NCBI RefSeq assembly: GCF_009914755.1
Contig: NC_060932.1
Origin: the human T2T-CHM13v2.0 reference genome, Homo sapiens
Length of the DNA: 64,000 bases
Direction: 5' to 3' (one strand)
The position numbers and the translations under genes are program-made. The notes below the pieces were generated by a model. It was given only the letters and a program-made list of their open reading frames with translations. It ran no database searches and was not told where the DNA came from. Positions 28,441 through 40,679 of the stretch are shown here, in pieces; the first letter of the stretch is position 1, and every line of letters begins with the position of its first letter.

Positions 28441-28504
28441 CGTTGCTGTAGAGGAGCTGTAACTTGTAGTGAGTGCCGTTGTTGGTCTTCTCGTTGCCTT
28501 GTTC
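28441..28504 (-). CDS. EBF2: EBF2 exon 3 (64 nt): EQGNEKTNNGTHYKLQLLYSN(G)
   Basis: Acceptor TTTTCAG|GAA, donor ACG|GTGAGC; a second identical donor lies 21 nt further on (see findings). Confidence 0.95.
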
Positions 28505-29563
28505 CTGAAAAGACAGGCAGCGTTCGATTCCCTTGCCTTTCAGCCCCCCAAAATGAGGGAAAGAGGAGACAGTGAATCCCCACCTCACATCCCTTCTCCC
28601 CATCAAAAGGCAGCTTTGAGTAACCCCCTGTTCAGCCCTAGGTCAAAGGGCATGAGCATCTGCCTGTCCTTGGCCGCCCCCGGAAACTTGCCAAGACTCG
28701 TAGCCACTTGACCCTTTCCAGCCCTCTGTCTCCCTTAAAAATGTCCTCAGAAGTGTGACCCTTGAGCTTCCGACAACAGGACCACTTGCCAAAGCTGCCT
28801 TTAAACAGGCACCACCCAACCCATCGGGCTCTGTCTGTCCTTAGGAAGCCCCAAGGCTTCCCTTGGCAGAAAAGTGAAGGGACTTGTCATTTGGAAAGGC
28901 AGCATTCGGGCCTATCCCGCGAGGACTGCGCACGCAGGGCCACGAGCTCAGGGACTGAGTTCCAGGTTCAGGAGGGACTTTGGGAAGTGCCTACTCTAAA
29001 GCTCACATTGTACAGCTGGGGACACGGAGACCCGGAAAGGGCAAGGGATTTTCCTTTGGTCACACATAGGTTTCGGCGGACTGTCCTTCATTTGAGACCG
29101 AACCCAGCCCCCAATTCCAGGCTTGAGTTTGGAGGAGGCGCTGCCTTGGAGAACAGAACAGGAGAGAAGACACGGCCAGAAGGCAGGCCAAGGCTGGGCT
29201 GCCGGTTTCCACTTAGTGCCGCAACTCAGGCCACCTGGCTCTCGCAGGTGCAAAATAATTAAAATTAACCCAGAGAAGGGGAGCGGCGGCCTTGGGTGTA
29301 CTTTTTAACTAGTCCAAGGGGCGTTTGCTCCGCCGTCAGTCCATAACCAGGCGCTACTAAGGCCTCCAGGCTCGGTGCGCAGAGCCGGGAGCGCTCCTCC
29401 AGCTCCAGGTTGGGGGAGTCGGGGTGGGAGGAGGTTCGGGAAATCGACTGATTTAGAGGCTGGGGGTGAGTAGCCTCGATTTATCATCCCTGATGGTGAG
29501 AGTGGAAAAGTGTCGCGAGAGTGACAGATGGAATCTTTAGTGCTTCGCAAGAGGGAGTTATTA

Positions 29564-30016
<453 letters not shown>

Positions 30017-32230
30017 TCACCATCCCGTCTTTAGTCGAAACCGAAAGACCCCGGCTGCAGACAGAGGCCCAGAGTGGTCCCCTAAGGAGGTGGCCCGCGT
30101 CCTATACCGTGGGGCTGTCTCCATCCACTCCCTCAGGTGGTACTGCTGGGTGTATCAGGATGCAGAGCTGGGGCCCAGGGTTAGGGGAATAAGTGCCTCC
30201 TTTGCTTTGGAAGAAGCGACCCTTTTATTTAGTATTAATTCGAGTTATCAGTCCTGGACCCACTGCTCACAACGCCCAAATGCTGACTGGGAAAGGTAGT
30301 GGGTAAGAACCCCAAGGGGCAGGCGGGAGAGTAACACAGAGTCCAGGTCTGGGTCCTTGGGCTGCTTGCCTCGCTCTTCCGAAAAGTTGTGCCTGGGACA
30401 GAGACAGGGCGGAATCCTCGCGACCAGCCCCGGGGATCGCTGGCCACCACAAATGAGATGACCGACATAGGGGGCCCTCCCTCCCAGAGGTGCTAGGTGG
30501 GGAAAAGCCAAACTGTTAAAAGGCGAGAACCTCCTTTCCTGGGGCCAACGCGATCCCCACTCATGCTGCGTTTTCCGGCGGCGCCAGCCGAACCCAGTGA
30601 CTGTGAAACCCAAGTTGGGGGACCCGGAAGGCGCCCTCGAGCGTGCTGAGTGTGTGCACACGCTTCCCAGCCAACCGGTCGCAGTCACAGCCCACCTGGC
30701 CATCAGATCCCATTTCACCGAAGACTTGGGGCTGAGGTGAACGCACAGATTGCGGGAGCTGCCCTGCGGCGCTGGGGTCTCCCAGGTTGAACCCCGGTGC
30801 GCAAGCACCTTCATTCACTCTTTTGAAAGGGGTAACATTTTGGCTAAGCTCTCCCCCACTAAGTCTGCTCCTTCCAGCTTCAACAAACTTTTTGATCCCG
30901 GGAAGGAAGGAAAGCGAGGGAGGCGTCTTTAAGGAGCCCAGCTAAGGAAATGCGCGGCACAGTTGGCTCTGCGGTGCTGCCTTATTTCCCTTAGCTCGCA
31001 GGCGGGCCAGTCCCGAAGCGCTGCGGAAAGCCGCGGCCGCCGCGCTGTGCGGTCTGCCGGAGGGAAATCCGCGCTCCCCGGGCCACAGGAGGGAGGGAAC
31101 CGCCGCCGGCCCAAGTCCCGGAGCGATAAAACTTCTGCTTTCTCCGCTCCAAGGGTAGAGGCCGGTTCGCTCTACCCGGGACACCTGGCCAGTTTGGGAA
31201 AGGGATCATTTCTCCGTGTGATGTTGGCACTTAAATGTGGGTGGCCAGGAGGGCAGCAGGGGAAGCGAGGGTAGTGGAAGAAGTTCATCGGCTCTTTGGG
31301 GGTAGAAGGGCTGCCTCTCTCGCAGACAAGGACCTGGAGGCCACAAATCCCAACTCAGTAGTGGTGATGAGAGAGTGGGACCGTAATGTCTTCGTAGGGT
31401 GGCACCCCGGACATGGTATTTACTATCCCAGCACGCAGACGCCTAAACACAAAGTCAACTTCAGGGATCCGCAAAACCAGAGGCTGGCGATCCCTGAGCC
31501 AGTCTAGCTGCTGGTCGCCTTTTCTCGCCTCTTTCTTCTTCCGCAACTCTTTCTACTGTGACTCAGTATTTTCTCTTCTTTTAAATCTCTTCTTTTCTCC
31601 AGTTCCCTAGCTCCGTTCGTCTGGCTCACTGTTTTATCTTTGAGCCGGGACCCTCCAGCCTGTCCCCCCTCCCAGAGCTCCCGGCCGCCTCGTCTTCCCG
31701 GGCAGCCGCTCCGGCTTTTCCCGCTCCCCTCGCCGCCGCCACCCTCTGGCCGCCGGCCTCCCAGGCTCCAGGAATCGCCCAGCAAGATGCGGGAGGTAGG
31801 CGCTCGCAGGCGGCGTGGCGAAGCCAAGAGTGGCCAGGAAGCCGGCTTTCCTCCCGCGCCGCCACTGCCAGCGCCGGTGTTCACGCTCCGTTCGGGGCCA
31901 GGCCGGCTCGGCTTGCAGGACTAGGGGCTGAGCTGGGAGATGTTGGGGGCTACTTTATTTTTCCTTGCAAAGAGTGGACTGTGGTAAAGGAGAAGGAGAG
32001 AAACGCCTACGACCCAGGCAGTTCAGGAACTCGAGTGCCGGCTGCCGGGTGAGCGTTCGCCTGACTGCAGCGATCTGCTTGCCCGAGGGCGAGCCCCAGC
32101 GCGCAGGGCCTGGGCGACAGATGGGGGGACAGGGAGAGAGAAAGGCACGGGGTGCGCGGGGGGGGTGCACACGGAGAGACAGACCGTAAGAGCGAGAGAC
32201 AGCATAATAATTGCGCGGCCGTGTCGTTAC

Positions 32231-32361
32231 CTCTGCGCGGCGACATTAGCGTCCACCACTCCGACATTCCGGACCCAGGACCTGACCGAATCCATCTCCG
32301 CGCCCAGCGATTTCTCTTTCAGAGTTGGTCCTCTTCCTAAAGTATCTTGAATTCCAAACAT
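32231..32361 (-). CDS. EBF2: EBF2 coding exon 1 (131 nt): [43 protein letters not shown](S)
   Basis: ATG at 32361-32359; donor GAG|GTAACG; phase 2 matches exon 2. Confidence 0.97.
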
Positions 32362-33060
32362 TTAAAAAGTCTGATCCTCTACTGTCGCTTTAAAAGTAAG
32401 AGTTACAACACAGTCCTGACTGTTCCCAACGTTGCCAGCAAATCGTCTCCTCCAAAGCAATCCAAGAAAAGGGATCAAGTGCCCAAGTTTGAGTCTTAGA
32501 AAAAAAAAAAAGATAACCCGTCCTTTGCTTCACTGGCGAGGTGCGGACTGATGTAGTCAAAGTTTGGGTTCTTATCCTCCGCAAGTTCAGATCTGCCGCC
32601 TCAGCCACTCCACCCTAGGTCGCTCGCATCCTTCCAGCTGCAGTGCTGCCTCCTGAAAGTGATCACAATTTAGAAGCATCACCTGTTCTGGGAGAAACTG
32701 GAGGAAATTGATGGCTGCCTAATCTCTCCCCTTCCTCCAGGTCCCCCCTCCCTGCTCCTCCCCACCGTTCCAATTTAGAAAAAAAAAAAATCCCCAACAG
32801 GATCAGTTGTAAAAAGAAGGGGAAGACCTGGAGCCGAGAGGAGGCGGTGGCTGCGAGCGCCACGGAGCCCGGCTGCAGCCGCGCGCGGGCCCCATGAATG
32901 GGTTACTACGGCCCTGGCTGCGGGAGGCGGAGCTGCGGCCCGATAAGGAGCCTCATTTGCATGGACGCGCGGGATTGGCCGGCGCCTGGCAAGCCGGGCC
33001 GACGTCCTCCGGCGGCGCGCGCCACGCTCTGCGTTGCCGGGACTCCGGGAGGTGAAAGGG
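32362..33060 (-). promoter_or_regulatory. EBF2: EBF2 5' UTR and proximal promoter (TSS not determinable exactly; probably near 32.9 kb)
   Basis: GC-rich with no clear TATA. GC-box-like GGGAGGCGGAG at about 32922-32932, octamer ATTTGCAT 32955-32962, CCAAT (minus strand) 32974-32978. Confidence 0.6.
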
Positions 33061-36000
33061 GACAGAAAGCTGCGGGCGTCGAGTCCTAGCACGAACCCCG
33101 TGTGCTTGCGCAGGATTGGGGGGCCCCCACACCCTGCACTGACTTAGGGTAGCAGGTCTCTGCGGGCTGGGGACGCAGGGGTTCGGCCTGGCTGCGGGAA
33201 GCCTCCCTGGATCCTGCCTCTAGATGTAGGCTTTTGTAGCCTGCCGGGAGGCACGTTCGTTCCCGGGGTTCGGATCTGTGTGCATGCTTGTGAGCGTGGC
33301 CACATGTGCTTATGTTTTGCGCAAACGTCCCCCAGAGCACCCAGCTCCCTGAATGGCTCCCCAGGTCTCCTGGAGTTCCATGGTGATATCAGATGTTGTG
33401 TGCGGCTTGCACGTTGCTGAGAGTGGAGAACATATGAAAGAAGGCGGGGGATGGGGTGGGGCGGACAAGCGAGGGGCAAGTGCTGCTCAAATACAGTGCT
33501 GGGGAAAACGGTCCAGGACCTAAGGAAAACACCCGCGGGCGGGCGGGCGCGAGCGGCAGTCGCACCCGTGTGGAGGAGAGGTTGCTGACAGATCGAGGCG
33601 GGCTGAGTGCGCGAGCGGCCGGGGAGTATTCCCGCGGGTCCTCCGGTTCCCTCCCCACCTCTCCGTTCCCGAAGCCCCCGGTAGTGGGCGGGGAGGGACG
33701 GGGGAGTCGTGGAAACTTCGCCCACCGCGCGCGGTCGCCGCGGTGCTGGCCGCGGGCTGGTGGCCGGCAGGCGGTGGCAGCAGCCTCACCGAACAGCTGA
33801 AACCCTAGACGGTTTTTTAACTGCGCGGGGCTGCTCGCGGTGCCTATTAAACATCCTCCTGGCTGGGTGTCATTTTCTTGCTTCTCCTTTTGTATTCTGA
33901 TCTGCGCATAGATCTGCTGCTGCTGAAATCTAGAACACCAGCGCGAAAACAGATTTGAAGACAATGAATGCAAATCTGTGCTCAAAGACCATCTGCCGTG
34001 GAGGAGACAATCAGCTGTTCGTAGTTCGAGCGATTGCGCCCCAGTCTCCCGGTCTCATTACGGGGAGGGCATTTGCGAGCGCCTGGACTGCGTTCAGGGC
34101 ACTTTCTCCCCTCTTGGGTCTCAGATTTGAGAGACCAGATCCCTTAGGTGTAGGTGAGCGCTCGCAAATGAACTGCTAGAGTTTGCCGCTAGAGGACACA
34201 GCGCCTTGCAACTGGTTTGCCTAGGCTGACAGGAAGCTTGCACTTCAAGAAAACTCGGCTCTCTCGAGAAAGGGACCGGTGCGCGCCTCCACCTCCCCAA
34301 GGGACAAACCGCGGCACCACGCTGCGTGCGCGGGATTGCGACTAGGAAGTGCTGGTCCGAACTGCGGAGATTCGCTTGAAAACGGATAGGGGGTTAGGGA
34401 GTTTGCGGGGCGGGTGCACGGACCGTCTCTGCACAGGCCCCGGGATCCAGGGACTGGGGTCATTGATTTGGGGGAAGGTAGAGAAGGTAAACCCCCCGCC
34501 TCTGGGTTGTGTTGACTGTGGTACCCCGACCCCAGAGCTCTGGCTTGGTCCTCCCTGTTGGACTGGAAGGGGCGGGAGAGCCATACAGGGCGATTGGGAA
34601 ATGGATCGGGTGGCTAGTAAAAGCCAAGTAAGACAGGAGTGTCCAAAGGAAGAAGGGGGTAGGGAGGGAAATTTGTAGGGATGAGATTCACTGCCCTGTT
34701 TCAACTCGGCAATTCTCTGTTACATGCAGGTTTTACGGAGAATTTCGGTTCCAGCAAAAACTGATCACCTGGAGTCTTCTACGGTCTCTCTTTATAAATC
34801 TCTCCGAACCTCAAGCAACTCCCCCCCACCCCCTTCGTCTGGGGTCTGCGCCCAGCGGGGCCAAAGCCTTGAGTTCCTTGGCAGAGAGTGTGGAACAGCC
34901 GTGAGCCCTTCAAGACATGCCTATGAGCCCGGTGATTTTTTTTTCAAGGGGGCTTTGATCAGCTGTACCTCCACGTTGCCCCGGAAAGGTGCGCAGGGCA
35001 CCCGGAGAGGCCTCTGGTCAGCAGTGGGCCTGGGCCAAGCCCCAACAGTTTACCCCTCAGGCTCAGGTTGGCTGGGGTTAAAGGGCAAAGTCAGGGTCGA
35101 GGGCACCAGCTTTTCTCGGCGGTAACAGCTGCCACCCAAATTATGCCCCCTCAGGAAGCGAATGAATTGTTCCTTTCTCCCAGCTCCCTGCTGCCCGCCC
35201 CAAAACAGACGGGGCCGCGCTCGGCGGGCGCCCCTCCTCCCAGCCAACCCCCCGAGACGCGCTCAGGGGCCTCGGTGCCCCGCTGGGAGGCAATTTGGGG
35301 GAGCCGTGGTCCCGAACTTTGACAGAGTGGGGCTTCCCCACTACTTGCCGGCTGCGCTAAGGGCGCCCCCCGCGGCAGTGCTGCTGGGAGCTCCAGGGAT
35401 GGCTGTGTGGCTCGCTGCGGGCGTTGAAGTTCCCTGTTGGCCAGGCTGAAGTGCCTGCGCGAGCGTGAGGGGACAAGGACTGCCTTGGGCCCAGCGTGGC
35501 GGCGTTTCGGCCAACCCAGTTGGGGTTAATTGCGTCTGTATAGGTTTTGGGTAGGAATGCTCGCGGAGTCCGCCACCCGCGCGAAACATGCGTTGGTTGG
35601 GGGAATGAGCAGCGGCGGCTGCGCCTGGAGGGTTGCTCCCACCTCTGTCGCCTCCAGCTACCCCCAAACAAACCTCCTTTTCGATCTCGTGCAACACAAA
35701 ACCTGCCCCGAGCTGTGCGGGGGCCTGGCAAGCGCAGCTGCGGCCCCGGGAAGCCCAATCCCGCGGGACTGCGGAGCCCACGCGCTCCTCAGGCTCCGGC
35801 CAACTAGCTCGGTTCTGCCTCTAGCCCGGGTCAAGAAAAATCCAAAATGAACACTATGATTAAAATTATTCACAATCTATTTATACAAAACTGGGGGTGT
35901 CTGTCTTTTACCCTGTCCCCTTCTTCATTTACCCTTCCCAAATGACCCTCACCCCCGTTTTTTTCATGTTTCTGTTTCACGTCTGCAACCCAGTGCGGTA

Positions 36001-36949
36001 TGTTCGATTTCCTTTTAATTGGTTTTAAGCCCCTTTGCTCAATCTCGTCCGGTCCAGTCATCTGGGCGCCAAGTCTCTCCTCCCGATCAGAGGTTCGGAA
36101 ATTTTACTTAGAAACTGCTCTCCTGGCTGTGTTCCTGTCCGGCAGGACACTGGGGTGAATTCAGAGATGTCAGAACACACCCCTAAATACGACCTTCACC
36201 CCCTCTTCCAGACACACACCCCCTGCGCCGAAGCACAGAGCCAGACAGTAGCCGGGGAATTCGATTCACAGGGAGAGCCAGTCTGGGTTTTATAAATGGA
36301 AAAAGTGGCTGTCCCCCTGGCCTGTCTTCGAACGTGAATTTTACAATTTTGGGTTTTTTATTTTTTAAGCTGGAACTTTTACTCTTTGTCCGACTACAAA
36401 GAAATAGCTTTACTTGGCATATCAGAGACCTGCCGAATATTTAACTCACAATTCTTTATGAAATGCTTTTTTTAAATATCGAACTCCATTAACTCTCACA
36501 CCAAATTGCAACTTTGGCATTTTCTTCCGGAAACTAGATTTGTATGTTCTATAAATGCAAATTCCCTAGAGAGGGTGGGAGAAAAGAAACTAATCATAAA
36601 TGCACGACAAATATCTCAGGGGGACTCCGCCGTCAATACCAAACAGCTCCCTTATAGGACAATTTGGGTAAGAAGTGGATTCGCTTCTTTTGTTTTCGCA
36701 TAGTGAAGGAGATTCAGCGGCAACAGCTGCAGAAATACTGAGTCGTGGAGGAACGTTTTAGAGACACTTGATGTCGGTTGTATCCAGGCCAGTCGGGGCA
36801 CTGCAGTAAGTTTACCCAAAATAGACTGGAGGAGCCAGATTCACCGCTACCCTAACACTTGGCAACTCCAGAAAGTCTTCCTCCTCGTCTTCCTCTCCTC
36901 TGCTCCTCCTCCCCCTGGTATTCTCCTTCAGAAATATCCCTCTTTCCCA

Positions 36950-39790
36950 TCTCCTTATTCCGGGTGCAGAACGAGCGAGGAAGCAAAGCGGAAAGGTCAA
37001 GAGAACAAATTCTCGCAGCAGCAGCTTGGGGAGCGCGGGTGACCACGCGGAAATAGAGGCCCGGGAGGTGTGTGTGCTGCGGAACAGGCTGTCTGTATAG
37101 GGAAGTGATTGATAGCTTCCACGCGAACCTGGGGACCCGATTTCCCAGGTGGGAGGGGTGACTTTCACGTGAAGCCCCTGCTGGGGGCCTTGCTGGGGTA
37201 AATCGGCTGGCCGATTACAGCCCCTTTCAGGGAACTGTGCACGAAGGCGGTGGCATCTGTCATCACTATTTACGGTGCAGCGATCAGGGCAAGTTGACCC
37301 GCATTAAAAGGCCTAATCATGCTGGTCTCCGTGAAACGGAAGACCAAGAGGAAGGTACTAACGATCAGAGGCAGGACTTGCCCAGGCCCTTTCTCGCCCT
37401 TAAACTTCACAGCAACACTTCCAGTGGAATTTATTGATTTGTTTGCCCCCATTTTACAGATGAACAAAATGAGGGTGGGAGATGACAAGTGGCATCCCAG
37501 CTGCTAAATGGGGAATAAGGATCCTCCCCGATCTTCCACTTCTAATACTCAACAATAGGGTGCAACAGAAGGCCTTCAGAAAGAAAAAGTTAAATATGAC
37601 ATTTTTCTTTTTTCTTTTTTTCCGGCTTCTTAGCTCAGTGATAACCGAAGAGCTACTCTGAAATGCCCCCCTTTTCCTGGTGGTGCCCGCCAGCCGGCAG
37701 GGGAAAGCCCGAGGGACCTCCCAGCTCCTTCCCGGATCGCGGCGGAGGTGTGAGCGATGTGTTGATTATTCATATTTTTACCGAGCGCATACTCTGCTGC
37801 GGCCGGCGCCGCCACATTTCACACGTACACTGACGTACCCACATGCACAAGCGCTCACCCGGCCCCGCACGCACGCAGCGCCCGGCGCGCCCGGGGCCCT
37901 CCTCGGATAAGGGAGGGGTGACAAAAGTCTCCCGCTCACTGCTGCCTACCCACCCCCAACCCGGCTGCCTTTTCCTCCAGGCCCCCACAAACACCCTTGG
38001 CTTTCAGATCCAACTTTCTTCCTCATAATATACTAGTCACCGCGACTCCCGCCTCCCGGATTTGAGGATGGGGGAGACTTTGGCGGCGGGGGTCAGCTGC
38101 AAATATGGCACCATCTAGAATTTCATTCCATTTAGCACTAGGCAACCTCCTCCTCCAACACACACACGCACTCGCACACCATCACGATCACCTCCACCTA
38201 CACTGGCACACCTCACTCAGGTGGCAAGAGAGAAAATCCAGGAAAGTCACTTGCATAGAGTGCACGGATTTCAAGAAGTCTTTGACGGTGCAAACTGGAC
38301 TTCTAATCATGGGATCTCCCCAAACACAGCCCAAGGCCTAGAAATTCCATTTCTGGCTCACGGAACCTTCCACCCCCACCCCCTCACCTGCCGCGAGCCG
38401 GGCAATCATTTCGGGGCGCCAGTGGGTCCAGGGCGCACGGGACATGGCACCCACGGAAAACCTCAGAGCCAGCTGGGAAAACAGAGATCGCTCTCCTGGC
38501 CGGGCAGCTCCATACCACCCTCGAAGGGGGACACAACTTCCACTTACTCTTTTCTCCCAAAGGAGAGCAGATGGGGGTCACAGGGCTTGGGGGTCACTGC
38601 GTTCAGACAGTCACCCCGCGCGGTAAGTGCTTAGAGCAACGTTTATAGGGCAATGCTGGCCTCGCCGCGTAGGGGTCGCTGGACTAAATGCCCAGAAACC
38701 CTCACAACCCGTGATGTCCACTTTCCGTGGATCTGAACCCGGGCAAGTTCGGTCGTTTCTGTTGTCCTCACTCGAAGGAGAAACTTTGGCGTCCGCAGAC
38801 CCAGGTTAGAGGCTGGCATTTACTAATAAGGTCTCTGGCATTTGTTGTTACTCCTCTGAACCTCGGTTTCCTAGCCAGTTAAATGGGAATGTTATTCCTC
38901 TGAATTTCAGCTCCCTTACTGGTAAAATGGGGATATTTATTCCTCAGAGCTTTGCTTGCCTTACGGATAAGACAGCTTAGGTGAAAGTATCTGGCACGCA
39001 GTAGGTGTTCAATAAACGCTTGCTTTCCTTCAGCATCTGCAGGTGTAAGATGAGGATGATCACATCTGCTTATGGAATTCACTGGGTCCTGAGTCTCCTA
39101 TGGGGATGGGTTTCCTTTCCCCCGACCTATGCGCTCCTGAGGCAGGGATTCTGACTCGCTTGTCCTTGCAGCTCCTTTGCCTGGCACAGGGACTGGATCG
39201 CTCAGTGGGTGATAAGCTTTTTGTTTGTTCCGCATGGAATTGCATGTGAGAAAAGCGCTTTGGAAGCTGTTTGGTGCACGCGGGCGTCAGAGGGCACCGT
39301 AGGTCACTGAGCGGGGTCTCACCCAGGGAGAGAATGCGACTTCATTCCTAGGAGGCTGTGCTGGGGGCTCCGCGCTGCGCGCGGCAGTGAGTAGGGCGCA
39401 CCCCGAATGCAAGTGCGGTTCGCTGCGTGGCCGCGTGCTGGGATGGATCGCGGAACTCGCTAGATAATTGAAGATCTCGAGGAGCTCTGAAATGGATCTT
39501 CGGTTTCTACGACAAACCCCCGTCGATGAGTGGTTCACAGAGAGCTTGGGGAGCCCCTCCCCGCCCTGCGCCCTCAGGAAGAGACGCGGCTCGCCTGACA
39601 CTACTGGTCTCTGTCTCCCGAGAGCCAGAGCCGAGCTCCCCGAGTGGTGCTTTCCAGAGCCCGCATTAAACGAAGCTGGGAGGGAGAACTGAGACACTGT
39701 CAGCCAGGAGGTGGCTGACTGGAGGCTGCGGGGTGCGGCAGTGGTGGCGGGGGGAGGGGGGAGGCGGTGTTAAGGGGTGAGGTTCCAGAC
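36950..39790. promoter_or_regulatory. Upstream CpG-rich blocks (about 36950-37350, 37680-38100, 38380-38800, 39280-39780); possible distal promoter/enhancer
   Basis: CpG retention; E-box CACGTG 37166-37171; CRE-like TGACGTA 37831-37837. Confidence 0.6.
38820..39030 (+). mobile_element. MIR (similar degenerate MIRs near 13780-13930, 14220-14370, 19260-19380, 22380-22530, 57960-58130)
   Basis: MIR core CTCTGAACCTCGGTTTCCT...AAATGGGAAT and tail CTGGCACGCAGTAGGTGTTCAATAAA. Confidence 0.6.
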
Positions 39791-40679
39791 TTTTCCATTC
39801 CACAGAACTAGAAGCTCTTTTAAAACTTGCAGCATCTTTTATGCAAAGGCAATGCATGTTTATTGCAGAAAAATATATACAAATAAAAACAAAAGAAATT
39901 TGTAACCGCCTCCAATGGCATCAACATAAATAACTGTTGCTACCATTTGGATGGGTTTTCTCCCTTTATTTTATGCATATTTCTATATACAGTACTCTAA
40001 ATGGGAGCATAGACTATATGCTGATTTGTAACCTGTTGGCTCACTTAATATAGCATATTTTCCTATGCCATTAAATATTTTTCTACAGTAACATTTAATA
40101 TTTGCATAGTATTTCCCTATCCATACCATAAATTGTTTGACCAGTCTATTGGATTGGACATTTAAGTTGCTCTTAATTCTTCACTATTATAAACAATACT
40201 ATGATGAACATCTTTGTAGCTTAGTTTTTCAGTAACTATGATTCTTTCCTTAAGATAAAGTCCTAGAAGTAAAATTGCAAAATCAAAGGCTTTGCATGTT
40301 TTTACACCTTAATACAGATTGACAATTTGGCCTCTCGAAAGACTAAATGTACACTTTTGCCAGCAATACCTGATATTACCCCTTCTGCCCTCACCCCTCA
40401 ACCTTCTGAATCTTTGAAGTTATAGTCTTATTTTTAAAATTTCCCAGTTTGATAGATTGGAAATGTCCTTTAGTATTTGTACTTTATTTATATTTAGTGA
40501 ATTTCCAGTAAGGGGAAATTGTTTTTCATACACTTTTTGGCCAGTGTACATCTTTGGGGAGTTAAATATTATTAAGGACGTTGAATTTTAATTTATCATA
40601 TATGTTGAAAATATTTTTTCCATCTTTGCTTGCTGGTAATTTTATTTATAATTTTTTGGTGGCAGAAATACAGATGTAT

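Noticed and set aside
28414-28458. Short direct repeats here and at 42301-42360 and 63641-63692 as CRISPR-like arrays
   Set aside because: Only two copies each, no unique spacer series, no cas genes, and a primate genome context.
30200-36100. Many 100-200 aa ORFs on both strands (e.g. 33389..33985, 33144..33725, 30248..30814)
   Set aside because: Expected from stop-codon scarcity in CpG islands. They are Pro/Arg/Gly/Ala-rich, mutually overlapping, mostly non-ATG starts, with no recognisable domains.
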